Shown here piece after piece: positions 36,601-48,589 of a stretch of DNA of 64,000 nucleotides. Below the pieces are notes generated by a model, which was not told the DNA's origin, did no database searches, and worked only from the letters and a program-made list of their open reading frames with translations. Origin of the DNA: Hypanus sabinus (Eukaryota); contig NC_082717.1 in the NCBI RefSeq assembly GCF_030144855.1, positions 64,852,001 to 64,916,000 of the forward strand, written 5' to 3'. Each line of letters opens with the position of its first letter. The first letter of the stretch is position 1. Position numbers and translations under genes: made by a program.

Positions 36601-39600
36601 ACAACCGCATCTCAAACGTTATGAAGAAAAATTAAAGACTTGGAAAATTAGTTTGGCCTTTGCTCTGTCAAGTGCCCCAAATATTAGTGATCAATATTTC
36701 CTGAAGCTTTTTACTTTCACTCATACAAAATCATTTCAGGAATTTGAATTTCAAAACATCAACCATAAATTGACTAATATTTCTTCTTACCCCAATTTCC
36801 TGACAATTTTGATATCTCTGAGATCCACACTAGTTGCAGTTGCTGGATCAATTACGCTCATTACCGCACCAACACTCATTGGAGCAAGAAGGCTGGCATA
36901 TTGAGAAACCACCTGTAAAACCAACAGAGTTATTACTTTGAGTGTGTCCATGCTTGCTCTGTTTACGAGTAAACCACATCATCTGACTTTTCCCCACCTG
37001 CCCTGCAGTCCTACAATTTATTTCCTTTCAAGAATTAGCTTGACATCGGTGGTTGGGAAGTTGTTGGGAGTCGATTGTTAATTGTTGGAGGCATATGACA
37101 AGATAGGCAGAACTCAGCAGGGTTTCCTTAAAGGAAAATCCTGCCTGACAAGCCTATTGCAATTTTTTGAGGAAAATACAAGTAGGTTAGACAAGGGAGA
37201 TGTTGTGTTGTGTATTTGGATTTTCAGAAGGCCTTTGACAAGGTGCCGCACATAATGCTGCTAAACAAGAGCCCATGGAATTATGGGACAGTTATATATG
37301 TGGATAGAGCGTTGGCTGATTGGCAGGAAACAGAGAGTGGGAATAAAGGGATCCCATTCTGGTTGGCTGCCGGTTACCAGTGGTGTTCCACAGGGGTCCG
37401 TGTTGGGGTCACTTTTTTTTACATTGTATATCAATGATTTGGATTATGGAATACATGGCTTTGTGGCTAAGTTTGCTGATAATACAAAGATAAGTGGAGG
37501 AGCTAGTAGTGCTGAGGAAAGAGTCAGCAGGGAGACTTGGATAATTTGGGAGAATGGGCAAAGAAGTAGCAAATGAAATAGAACGTTGGGAAGTGTATGG
37601 TCATGCACTTTGGTAGAAGAAATAAACAGGCAGACTATTATTTAAATAGGGAGAGAATTTAAAGTTCTGAGATGCAATGGAACTTGGGAGTCCTCGTGCA
37701 GGATACCCTTAAGGTTAACCTCCAGGTTCAGTTGGTGGTGAGGGAGGCGAATGCAATGTTGGCATTCATTTCTAGAGGAATAGAGTGTAGGAGCAGGGAT
37801 GTGATGTTGAGGCTCTATAAGGCACTGGCAAGACCTTACTTGGAGTACTGTGTGCAGTTTTGGGCTCCTTATTTAAGAAAGGATGTGCTGACGTTGGAGA
37901 GGGTTCAGCAAAGATTCACAAGAATGATTCTGGGAATGAGAGGGTTAACATACGAGGAACGTTTAACCACTCTAGGACTGTACTCCTTGGAGTTTAGAAG
38001 AATGAGGGGGGACCCGATAGAAACATTTCAAATGTTGAAAGGCATGGACAGAGTAGATGTGGCAAAGCTGTTTCCCATGGTGGGGGAGTCTAGTTCGAGA
38101 GGGCATGACTTAAGGATTGAAGGGCGCCCATTCAGAACAGAGATGCGAAGAAATTTTTTTAGCCACGGTGGTGAATCTGTGGAATTTGTTGCCACGGGCG
38201 GTAGTAGAGGTCAAGTCATTGGGTGTATTTGAGGCAGAGATTGATAGGTATCTGAGTAGCCAGGTCATCAAAGGTTATGGTGAGAAGGCGGGGGAGTGGG
38301 ACTAAATGGGAAAATGGATCAGCTCATGATAAAATGGCAGAGCAGACTCAATGGGCGAATGACTGACTTCTGCTCCTTTGTCTTATGGTCTAATTATCCA
38401 CTTCTACTTTGAACACCATGATTCTACCTCCACTATTTATCTAGCACTAATTGGTAGATCTTAATCAATCAGTGGATTTAATAAAAATCCTCATGGTGTT
38501 CACTCCTGGTTCTTTTCCAACTTCCAGTTACACCGAAATACAGTGAGAAATCATGATGAGAATTTGAATCACCAATCAACCTCAAAATCTTAATATCCAG
38601 ACACTGGGACACAAATGTTTAAAACATTCTTTTCTTAGACTGATCAAATAACAACTGACACTTAAAAATGTCACTCCCAGTTTCCCATCATCAACCTTAG
38701 GAGAAATCTAGACCAAAGGTAGGGCAGCCATAGGTCAGGTTGGAGCTGAAGGCACTTGACATTTATTTCAGAATCCTTCAAATTATCCAACTTGAGATCA
38801 TGCCATAAGGAAAACCATCACCACCAACTGCAGATAAATCAATAACTATCCACACTGAAAATCAACTGGAAAAAGTTTGTTGGAAATAGAATATACCCTA
38901 CAGAAAGATAATGTTTTATTAGGAATGATGGTTCAGGAGTACATCATTTGTGATTGTACTTGATTACACATCTTGGTTTCTTCATAACCTGAGACCACTA
39001 ACTTACTTTACCTTTCACTAATCTATCAAACAGTTCTCATTAAAGATAAAAATTCTAATTCCTTCTTCCTGGGCATAGCAAATCAATGGTGCAATATGTG
39101 GATAACAATAAAGCAACCAAAAGTACAAACAGCAAAATGGCACAGTAAGACAAACACTGAAACATTATTTGTTGATCACTGTCATTCCATGGGCAATGCC
39201 AGCCACACCTGAATTGATATAATAATACAATGAAACTGGAGTACAGTGTGCTTAAAAACCAATACCATGAAGGATTCAATGGATCAGGCCAAAACTGTCA
39301 GCTTAAAATAAAATTGGGTGAGGTAATTAGTACACAACTGGCAACAGAAAATTTGACACACTGAGCCATATGCGAACCCACAATTAGTTGAAACACCTTA
39401 AGCACCTTCAGCCAAAATTGGCAGATGAACAATGCTACTCCTACCTCCAAGGTTTCCACATTCTTAATCCGAGTAATCAGCCAATTTAGTCCACAGGCAT
39501 CTGAGCGTTACACATACAGAAAAGCAATTACCCCATGTTTCCTTTTCCAAATGAAAGGCTTGACAATCTTCAACTAAATTAGTGACAATGATAGAATTGC

Positions 39601-42600
39601 TAAATTTATACAGTATCCAACAATGAATATACAAATAGGCTGCTCAACAGATCTCACATGTCTAAATTGGACTTAACAACCAGGACTAACTTCTTAGACT
39701 AAGTTTGAAATATTATCAAATGATAGGAATCTTTACTTTGGAGTTCAAAGCAGTAGTTGCACTGTTCAGGAGGGATTCTCTGTCACTTAGTTCTACGGGC
39801 TGTGCAATGCCATTCAAAACTTCAACTCCCTTTTCCACAGCCTTTTGGAAAGATTCAGATATGATTGTAGGATGAATTCCTAAAATAAAAAAAGTTCATT
39901 TGTTAGTTTTGTACAACAGAAGTCAAAAAACATTTACATTACATTGTAACAAATTAAAATTAAGTTACCCAAGAAAAATTAGGACTGAAAATAGAAAACA
40001 TGGAAAAAAAGAGGCAACATTGAAGAAGAAATGGATAAGTCTTTGATTATGATGAAATGAAAAACATCCAAAAATTTGTAAAGAGGATTGATACAGTGTA
40101 TGGTCTAGGGAAGGATGGTGGCAGATCTCCACCATTAACTGTTTGCTAAGCAGTGAAGTGCATTTTAGCTAGATATAGTCCATCTGCTGGAAGTGCTGAA
40201 GTCAACAAGTTTGATAATCTTGCCACCGCAGAAACAGCAAAGAGGGTATGGAGGTTAAATGATCTTGAGGAACTGAGATAATTAAGCCTATTGATGACAA
40301 TGTGTGATGTAAGAAAACATTAAGAGGAAGCAAGGTAACAGAAGGTCAGCTTTACATCTTATAGTTGGGTGGGTAACCTGTTACCAAAAAAGCTTTGTGG
40401 CCATCAATAAAGAGATCATTTCAAATTTGGACCAAAAAATCACAGTGGATTGAATTTGGCTTCTTTTTTGACACCGATCAACAGAAAAAGACTCTTTCGT
40501 GTCAACGTGAAAACAGATCTCTACAAAGTGATATTAGTTAAAAATATAAAATACAAAATAATTGATTGCATAAGTATTCACCCCTTCAATATGACACACC
40601 AAACCATCACTGATGCAGCAAATTAGTTTTAGAAGTCACATAATTAGTTAAATGGAGATCACCTATGTGTAGTCATGATGTTTCAATTGATTGTAGTGAA
40701 AATACACCTGTATCTGGAAGGTCCAACTGCTGGTGAGTCAGTATTCTGGCAAAATTACACCATAAAGACAAAAGAACACTCCAAGCAACTCCACGAAAAG
40801 GTTCTTGAAAAGCACTTCAGGAGATAGGCACAAGAAATTTTCCAAGTCACTGAATATCCCTTGAAGTACAATTAAGTCAATCATCAAGATATGGAAAGAG
40901 TATGTTACAGCTGTAAATCTGCCGAGAGCAGGCCATCCTCAAAAACTAAGTGACCATACAAGAAGGGTCATCAGACGAAAGCTATGTTTGGTGTACACCA
41001 AACGCTGCGCATCATCAAAAACACACCATCCCTATTTTGAAGCATGGTGTTGGCTGCACCATGCTGTGGGGATGCTTCACTGCTGCAGGGCCTGGAAGGC
41101 TTATGAAGATAGAGGGTAAAATGAATGTAGCAAAACACAGGGATATCCTAGAGGAAAATCTGATGCAATCTTCAAGACTTGGGAGATTTGTTTTCCAGCA
41201 AGACAAAGACCCCAAGCATAAAATCAAAGCTACACAGTAACTGCTTAAAAACAACAAAGTTAATGTCCTGGAGTGGCCAAGTCAGAGTCCACACCTCAGT
41301 CCAACTGAGAATTTGTGGCTGGACTTGAAATGGGCTGTTCACTCACGACCTCCATGCAATCTGACAGAGCTTGAGCAGTTTTGTAAAGAAGAATGGGGAA
41401 AATTGCAGTGTCCAGATGTGCAAAGCTGATAGAGACCTGTCCACACAGAATCAAGGCTGTAATTGCTGCCAAAGGTACATCTACTAAATACTGAAGGGGG
41501 TGAGTAATTATGCAATTACTGTGTGTTTAATAATTGTAATAAATTTAGCCAAATCTGTAGAAAGTTGTTTTCACTTTGACACAAAAGTCTTTTTCTGTTA
41601 ATCAGTGTCAGAAGAGCCAAACTAAATCCACACTCGGGGGGAGGGGAGGGTTTGATTACATTTTGTAGGCACTGTATCCTTCACTGAATTCAGACCATTC
41701 TGGGTCAGGCAATTAAAAGAAGGAATGCTAAAATCAATTGGAAAGTAACGTTTCATCCAAACCAAGACAGTTAAAACATTTATGTATTACCTTCAAGCAT
41801 CCAAGTAACCATCTTTCCTCAATAAAAAATACATTAAATCTAAAAATTATTCCAGCATTCGCAAAATTTAATGATTGTATATAAGTCATGCCCGAACAGT
41901 AAATGCAACATACCTTTTTGAAGTAGTTTAGCACAATAATCGAGCAAGGCTCCTGCGATTACTACAACAGAAGTGGTCCCGTCACCAGCTTCAATATCCT
42001 GGGCTTTTGACAATTCTACCAGCTGAGTTATATATTCAAAAAAATTCTCTTGTTAATTTACAAGCATTCAAGTATTGTTTGCATGCATTAACAGCTATTC
42101 ATTAGGAAAATTAATTTGTAGTGTTTGATGAATTATTCTCATTTAAGATCAAATCATAGACAGCAAAAACGTGTTACATAAAGACTGCTTAAAACTTATC
42201 TCTTAATCTTCACTACACTGGAGAACTGGATGCTTATTTAATCTAAAATGTTTTGCACAGATTTTCTTTCAACCCTTACCATTTTTGCTGCTGGATGCAA
42301 CACCTGCATTAGCTTTAATATAGTTGCTCCATCATTGGTAATGGTTACATCACCTTTTCCATCTTGAATCTATGGCATGGGTAGAGCAATTAAGAGATGA
42401 ATCAAAATGTGAACTAAAAAGGCATAGTGCAAGAAAACAAACCCTAAAGGCGGCAAATGGAAGTACAATCCTAAAAATGAAATGTTTCCCACTTCTTGGC
42501 TGAGTTGAGCCAGAGTTAATTCACATTTTTCAATCTGTAAAAACTCCATTGCCTTATCCTATACCAATCACATCTCAGACAGCCAAGTACAATGGACCGT

Positions 42601-45402
42601 GAATGCAACAAGTGATTAAGGATTGCACAAAACTTGTGGTTAAACCTTTAGAACATTGGTTATCAATTTACTTAAGTACATCAGCAGACCATCCTTAAGT
42701 TATCCAAAATACAAGACAAGGTGGAAACAAATAATTGTTTGGATCTAATGACAGCTCTCGAGCTGTCAATTAATGAATAATTCTATTTCAATAACTTCCT
42801 CAGTTACAAAGAAATTGATAACAGAAACAGGTTATCAGGATTAGGTTAAATATCACTAGCATACACCATAAAATTTATTGATTTCGCAGCAGTAGTACAA
42901 TACATAATAATACAGAAAAAACTGAATTACAGTATCTACATAAAGTGTTAATATACACACATATAAAATAGTTAAATAAGCAGTACAAAAATAAAAAAAA
43001 TATGGAGGTTATGTTCCTGGGTTCAATGTCCATTCAGAAATCAGATGGCAGAGGGGAAGAAGCTATATCTGAATTGCTGAGTGTGTGCCTTCAGGCTTCT
43101 GTACCTCCTTCCTAATAGCAGCAATTAGAACAGGGCATGACTTGGGTGATGGGGGTTCTTAATGATGGACACTGCCTTTTTGAGGTATCGCTCCTTGAAG
43201 ATGTCCTGGATATCATGGATGCGAGTGCTCATGATGGAGCTAACTAAATTTATAACTGTCTGCAGCTTACATTGATTTGTGCATAGCACCATACCTTCCC
43301 CCATACCAGATATACTTCATTGATCCCAAAGGAAATTAGTGTCATAGTAACATTACAAGTGCACAGATATAAGTAGTAGAATTAGAAAGAAAAAAACATA
43401 AGTTACCACAAACAGCCTAACAGGAGTTCCATCACTTCCCCAGTTATAAGTTATGCAATCAGTTAGAATGCATTCAACAACACATCTATAAAAATTTGCA
43501 ACATATCGAATCTCCTCAAACTCCTAATGAAGTATAGCCATTGTCGTACCTTATTTGTAGCTGCATCGATATGTTGGGTCCAGCTTAGATCCTCAAAGAT
43601 ACTGACACCCAGCAACTTGAAATTGCTCACTCTGATCCCTCTATGAGGACTGGTATGTGTTCCCTCATCTTACCCTTTTTGAAGGCCACAATCAGTTCTT
43701 TGGTCTCACTGACATTGAATGTAAGGTTGTTGCTGTGACTCCACTCAGCTAGCTGATATATCTATCACACTTCTATATGCACTCTTGTTACATCTGAAAT
43801 TATGCCAACAATTCTGACAAGGCACACAGTGATGAGTGTAGGGAAATTAGAGCAGTGGGCTAAGCACACATTCCTTAGGTGTACCAGTGTTGATTGTCAG
43901 CAAGGTGGAGATGTTATTTCTGATCTGCACCTATTGTGGTCCCCCAGTTAGGAAGTGAGGATCCAGTTGCAGAGGAAGGTACGGAGGCCCAGGTTCTAGA
44001 GCTTTTCAATCAGAAGTGCACGAATGATTGTGTTAAATGCTGTGAGCAGTAGTCAATAAACAATATCCTGATTATGGTATTTGTATTGTCCAGGGGATCC
44101 AAGGCCACATAAAGAACCAGTAAGATCACGTCCACAACAGACTTGTTGTGGTGATAGGCAAAATGCAGTGGGTCCAGGACCTTGGGGAGACAGGAGTTAA
44201 TTCTAGCCATAACCAAAGCAGTTCATCACCGTAGGTGCGGGTGCTACTGGATGATAGTCGATAAGGGAGCTCACCCTGCACTTCTTGGGCACTGGTATAA
44301 ATATTGACCCCTTTTTAATAAACAAAATTAAAGAAAAAATGTTTAATTCTAAATGTAGTAATCCCATACCATTTTATCCATGCCCTTTGGACCAAGACTT
44401 GTTCTTATAGCATCTGCAACAGCTAGAAGAAAGAAAAAGACATTTTATAACTGAATCTCGCTTCATTAAAATCCTACTTTGGTTAGATATAAAGTATACC
44501 ATCTATTCAGTTTCACATCCATTGCTCAAGTTGTCACTCAGACAATGAAATGGATGATTTACAGAAGACTGACAGTTAATAAGAAGAAAGCCTCAAGTCG
44601 TCGTTCCAGACAAGGAATCCCAAAATAATTCCTCTTCAACCACCAAGAGCAGTATGCCAGCTCCAAGACCAAGGTCCAGTCTTCCACGATCTCTGATACT
44701 CCCAATTGTTACCCAATAATCCTCCAATTAATTTGCACCTCTTTGTATCACCCTCAACCACTTGTTCCCACCAACTCCTTGATCCTTCCCTCCATTACCC
44801 TGCTTATGCCCTGAAAATCATCTCCCCTCCTTCTCCTCTTATCCTTCCCAGTATCTTCAAGGATGAACCCTTCCATTCTCATCCTGCCATTTAAATCCCA
44901 AGGCTCTGCTGCCTTTCTCTACTGCACAAACCTCACCATCTTGTCCCCACTGCATCATGAATCTCAGCCCATCACCTGGTTTCCTCCCTCAGTCCCCCAA
45001 TATCTACCCCTCACATCCACCCATTCCTTCCCACTACCTCATTTGCCCCTCAGACCTTCACCCTCTCCAACTCCCTCCCACTCACCCCTCCCCATTCTAC
45101 TCATACCCCTCCCATTCACCCCCTTCACTCTTTTCCATCCTTTTGTTCCTCCACATCCCCCATCCTCTCGCTCTGCCCCTCCCCTCACCCTCCATCCCCC
45201 ACCTTTCACCCATCCTCCCGCTCCCCCGGCCCGCGTGTCCTCCCCCCTCAATCTCCCCAGTCCTCCCGTCCTTCCGCCCTCAGCCCTCCCCACCTTTGGC
45301 GGCCGAGATGTTACTGTAACGGATCTGAGCAGGTTTGTCGCGGTCCTGATAAACGCTCTTCGACGCGTTAGAGGCGGATTTGCCGGCATTTTTCTCAGGC
45401 AT
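24667..45402 (-). CDS. CCT4: CCT4, T-complex protein 1 subunit delta; complete 14-exon CDS, 1602 nt / 533 aa
   Basis: Exons 45294-45402, 44370-44422, 42280-42369, 41914-42022, 39737-39879, 36791-36912, 35955-36087, 31611-31750, 30536-30632, 30291-30401, 25967-26097, 25156-25390, 24940-25053, 24667-24681. All introns GT-AG and phases consistent. Motifs: [53 protein letters not shown]; ends LKIDDVVSAR-stop. Confidence 0.98.
24940..25053 (-). CDS. CCT4: CCT4 exon 13
   Basis: [38 protein letters not shown]. Confidence 0.96.
25156..25390 (-). CDS. CCT4: CCT4 exon 12
   Basis: [24 protein letters not shown]...AGINVRK. Confidence 0.96.
25967..26097 (-). CDS. CCT4: CCT4 exon 11
   Basis: [43 protein letters not shown]. 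Confidence 0.96.
26932..27010. mobile_element. ~80-bp hAT MITE
   Basis: CAGGGATTCCAACC...TTGGGAACCCCTG termini; related copy at 54535-54615. Confidence 0.7.
27174..27358 (-). mobile_element. Truncated SINE with RTE-type tail inserted in the CR1
   Basis: 12-bp TSD GCCAAC/ACAGAAT with one mismatch (27162-27173, 27359-27370); cagaagtggtttgcc...gccttct motif; family assignment tentative. Confidence 0.55.
29025..30187. mobile_element. Non-autonomous hAT element containing a second hAT element (29205-30032)
   Basis: Outer TIRs (T/A)(G/A)GTGGTCRCCAACC with perfect 8-bp TSD CTGCAGAC (29017-29024, 30188-30195). Inner element CACTGGTCCCCAACC...GGTGGGTACCCCTG with degenerate GTGT-starting TSD. Confidence 0.85.
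30291..30401 (-). CDS. CCT4: CCT4 exon 10
   Basis: [37 protein letters not shown]. Confidence 0.96.
30536..30632 (-). CDS. CCT4: CCT4 exon 9
   Basis: [32 protein letters not shown]. Confidence 0.96.
30755..31053. mobile_element. Tigger/pogo-like DNA transposon end
   Basis: Ends ...gtaacttggggactgcCTG|TA, the reverse complement of the terminus at 63563. Confidence 0.65.
31611..31750 (-). CDS. CCT4: CCT4 exon 8
   Basis: [21 protein letters not shown]...LIQKSIL. Confidence 0.96.
32730..33660 (+). mobile_element. Decayed Rex1/Babar-type LINE 3' part
   Basis: [20 protein letters not shown]; KKAQQHLY; [20 protein letters not shown]. Confidence 0.8.
34150..34388 (-). mobile_element. V-SINE (HE1-like)
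   Basis: Same core as 20828-21085 (cacagggagaac..acaaact). Confidence 0.7.
34389..35150 (+). mobile_element. Solo LTR (762 bp), related to 12196-13174
   Basis: TGTTACG...CGCAACA termini; perfect 4-bp TSD GCAA; GGATAAAAG and AATAAA; shared 3' block cccagttacgggg. Confidence 0.88.
35955..36087 (-). CDS. CCT4: CCT4 exon 7
   Basis: [16 protein letters not shown]...[11 protein letters not shown]. Confidence 0.96.
36791..36912 (-). CDS. CCT4: CCT4 exon 6
   Basis: [14 protein letters not shown]...[12 protein letters not shown]. Confidence 0.96.
37040..38392 (+). mobile_element. 5'-truncated CR1/HER1 LINE in CCT4 intron 5
   Basis: [43 protein letters not shown]; tail tcttatggtct. Confidence 0.93.
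39737..39879 (-). CDS. CCT4: CCT4 exon 5
   Basis: [14 protein letters not shown]...[12 protein letters not shown]. Confidence 0.96.
40440..41674 (+). mobile_element. Defective Tc1 (Passport-like), second copy with internal deletion
   Basis: Collinear with 18496-19945; [23 protein letters not shown]; ends CACTG|TA. Confidence 0.88.
41914..42022 (-). CDS. CCT4: CCT4 exon 4
   Basis: [36 protein letters not shown]. Confidence 0.96.
42280..42369 (-). CDS. CCT4: CCT4 exon 3
   Basis: [30 protein letters not shown]. Confidence 0.96.
42820..44310 (-). mobile_element. Decayed Rex1/Babar-type LINE in CCT4 intron 2
   Basis: [20 protein letters not shown]; 3'UTR shared with 46128-46450. Confidence 0.8.
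44370..44422 (-). CDS. CCT4: CCT4 exon 2
   Basis: [18 protein letters not shown]. Confidence 0.96.
45294..45402 (-). CDS. CCT4: CCT4 exon 1
   Basis: [36 protein letters not shown]; donor gtgggg. Confidence 0.95.
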
Positions 45403-45418
45403 TTCGTCGAGCACAAGG

Positions 45419-45483
45419 AAGATGGCTGTAGATTGAGAGCGTGGATCGCCGGCAGCAGGCTGCGGTGGAGAAGCTTCCAGAAA
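45419..45483 (-). promoter_or_regulatory. CCT4 promoter/5'UTR: YY1-type motif and perfect heat-shock element
   Basis: AAGATGGC 45419-45426; aGAAgcTTCcaGAAa 45469-45483; lies in a CpG-rich region. Confidence 0.65.
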
Positions 45484-46617
45484 CCGTCAGGACCTCAGCC
45501 TGGCGCAGGCAGTGACATCAGCGGGCGTTCAACCTGATGCCGGACGGAAATTCCTCAACAATACGTACCGTACTGTAAAACCGAAATGTTCCAGTACAAC
45601 GCAAAAAAGTGATCGTGCTGAAGCGATTAAATAACAATTCTATTGCACGTGTTTTCGTCGCAAAACTAAAAGCCACGACTCAATAATATGAACAAAGCCT
45701 GGTAAACATCACCAAGCTTGGAAGATACAGGAGTGGAGGTTATTTTCCTTGAATGGTTCAATTTATTATTGATAAGATTATTAAATAAAGAATAAAAGGT
45801 CAAATGACAGACAAGAATTATCTATCTAATTTTTTTCCGAATGAAAGTTCGTTGTCTATCTACTGATGCTGCCTGACCTGCAAAGTATTTTCATATTTCC
45901 AGTATCTGAAAGCTATAAATAGGTTGTTTTAAGGTTATTATGAATTTGTTCACTGGCAAACACTTTGGGAATAGATCATTTTGTCCACCAATGATAACAG
46001 TTCTTGGGAGTTGAGAATTTAAGCTGAACGATTGCAGAAACATATCAAAGTTCAAAGTAAATTTTCATATCAAAGTACATATATATCACCATATATAAAC
46101 CTGAGATTTGTTTCCTTGCGAGCATTCACAGAATCAGAATGAGGTTTAATATCATTGGCATATGTTGTGAGATTTACTGACTTTGGGGCAACAGTACAAT
46201 GCGACACATAATAATGGAGAAAAAGTGTGAAAATATTGTACCAAAAATATACCAAATATATACACAATGTTAAAATCAATAAATAATGCACAAAATAGAA
46301 ATAAAAGAAATAGTGAGGTAGTGTTCATGGGTTGAATGTCCATTCAGAAATTGATGGCAGAGAGAAGGAAGCTGTTCCTGAATCATTGAGTGTGTGCCTT
46401 CAGGGTTCTGTACCTCATTCCTGATGAGAGCAATGAGAACAAGGCATGACATCAGAACATAAGAAATAGGAGCAGGAATAGGCCATCCGGCCCATCGAGC
46501 CTGCCCCACCTTTCGATAAGATCATGGCTGATCCGTCTGTAAACTCAGCTTCATCTACCTGCCTTTTCCCCATAACCATTACTGTAATTCCCTTACTATG
46601 TAAAAACCTATCTAACT

Positions 46618-46814
46618 TGTTGTGTATGTGGCATGGTTACACAACTACATTATTAATAAAAACACTGGAGACGGGAATGAAGTTTCATGGTTCTTTACTA
46701 GTAGAGTCTTAACTTGACACACCCATGCAGATCAATGCGTGCCTAATAGTTCATTCAACGATGTGTTATTAAAACATAAAGTAGTCCCTTATTATAATGA
46801 TGGCTAATGGTGCA
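46618..46814 (-). mobile_element. Solo LTR inside CR1
   Basis: TG...CA ends and 5-bp TSD TAACT (46613-46617, 46815-46819). Confidence 0.7.
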
Positions 46815-46840
46815 TAACTGTTTCTTAGATATATTTAGTG

Positions 46841-47184
46841 TAACCTTCCTCTTAACTAAGGTTTTTTTTTTCAGTCCCTTGCTTTCAGCTCCTTTTTTTT
46901 GGTAGTAGGCATTAATATCTCTGTTGCTAAGTGTATTTACAGTTTTGGGGGTTTGAATGTCCTGATTTATATTCTCTATATTGTGTTGTGGTTGGTCTTT
47001 TTTGTTGCGGGGCTTGGGGAGGATACTAATTTTACATGTCTTCAATTTGGGTGCTTTCTCAATTATCTTTTTTTGTATTTTATTATTGTATGTTTATTTT
47101 TGCAATGTATCAATGTTCATTTTGATCTGGGTTTTTTTTATCTGTAGCGATGTAGAAAATGTATAAAAAAACTAATAAAAAAAA
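46841..47184 (+). mobile_element. L1-type 3'UTR plus poly-A inside CR1
   Basis: T-rich body, AATAAA running into poly-A, 14-bp TSD AGATATATTTAGTG (46827-46840, 47185-47198). Confidence 0.8.
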
Positions 47185-48589
47185 AGATATATTTAGTGAA
47201 GAAGCCTCAACTGCTTCCCTGGGCAGAGAATTCCACAGATTCACCACTCTCTGGGAAAAATAGTTTCTCCTCATCTCTGTCCTAAATCTTCTCCCCTGAA
47301 TCTTGAGGCAATGTCCCCTAGTTCTAGTCTCACCTACCAATGGAAACAACTTTCCTACTTCTATCTTATCTATTCCTTTCAAATTTTTGTACATTTCTAT
47401 AAGATCTCCTCTCATTCTTCTGAACTCGAGAGAGTATAGTCCCAGGCGACCCAATCGCTCCTCATAGGTTAACCCCTTCATCCCTGGAATCAACCTGGTG
47501 AACCTCCTCTGCACTGCCTCCAAAGCCAGTATATCCTTCCTCAAGTATGGAGACCAGAACTGCACACAGTACTCCAGGTGCGGCCTTTCTAAATGTTTCA
47601 CTATTTCTTCCTTAATGACAGCTTCAAGCATTTTCCTGACTACAGATGTTAAACTAACTGGCCTATAGTTGCCCATTTTTTGTCTATATCCTTTTTTAAG
47701 ATGTGGCATGACATTTGCTGCCTTCCAATCTGCTGGGACCTGCTTAGAGTCTAGAGAGTTTTGATAAATGATTACCAACACATCTACTATAACCACTGCC
47801 AATTCCTTCAGCACCCTGGAATACATCCCATCAGGACCAGGGGACTTGACTACCTTCAGGTCCTCTAGTTTGCTCATCACTATCTCTTTAGTAACAATGA
47901 TTTTATCGAGGTCCTCACCTCCCATTTTGTCCATAACATCCTTCTTTAGCATTTTAGATGTGTCCTTCACCATCTGACCTGGGTGATGGGGACCGTAAAG
48001 ATGGACATCGCCTTTCTGAGGCACCGGTCCTTGAAAATGTCCTGGATACTATGGAGGCCAGTGCCCATGATGGAGCTGACTAAGTTTACAACTCTCTGCG
48101 TCTTACTTTGATCCTGTGCAGTAGTCCCCCACCCAACACACTGAATGATGATACAGCCAGTTAGAATGCTCACCATGGTTCATCTGTAGAATTCCAATAG
48201 AATCAATGAAAGTCTGCATTCAAAAGATGGACACACTACCAATATGCGAAAAAACAAACTGTGCAGATACAAAAGAAAGTAATAAAAAATAAACAATTAA
48301 ATAGAGAGGACAAGAGATGAAGAGACTTTGGAATGTACAGGTTGTGGGAACAGTTCAGAGATGGGGTGAGGAATGTTATCCCCTCTGGTCCAAGAACTGG
48401 ATGGTTGAGCGGTAATAATTGCTCCTGATCCTGGTGGAATCCTGTCCCTTTTTTCCTAATGGCAGCAGTGAAAAGAGAGCATGGCCTTTGTGGTGGGGTC
48501 TCGATGATGGATGCTGCTTGTCCGTGAGAGTGCTCTGTGTAGATGTGCTTCGTGGCGGGGAGGGCCTTACCCATAATGGACCGGGCTGC

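Larger units (their letters stand above)
46452..47972 (-). mobile_element. CR1/HER1 LINE with large in-frame internal deletion
   Basis: [18 protein letters not shown] fused directly to [13 protein letters not shown]; 3' tail agaacataagaaatagg. Confidence 0.9.

Noticed and set aside
44863-45537. 224-aa proline-rich ORF, and the Gly/Arg-rich ORF 45039-45416
   Set aside because: Products of the C/T-skewed low-complexity CCT4 intron 1 and CpG island; the true CCT4 frame starts at 45402
47110-48024. 304-aa ORF, the longest in the track
   Set aside because: Chimera of Rex1, deleted CR1 ORF2 and antisense L1 UTR; not a host gene
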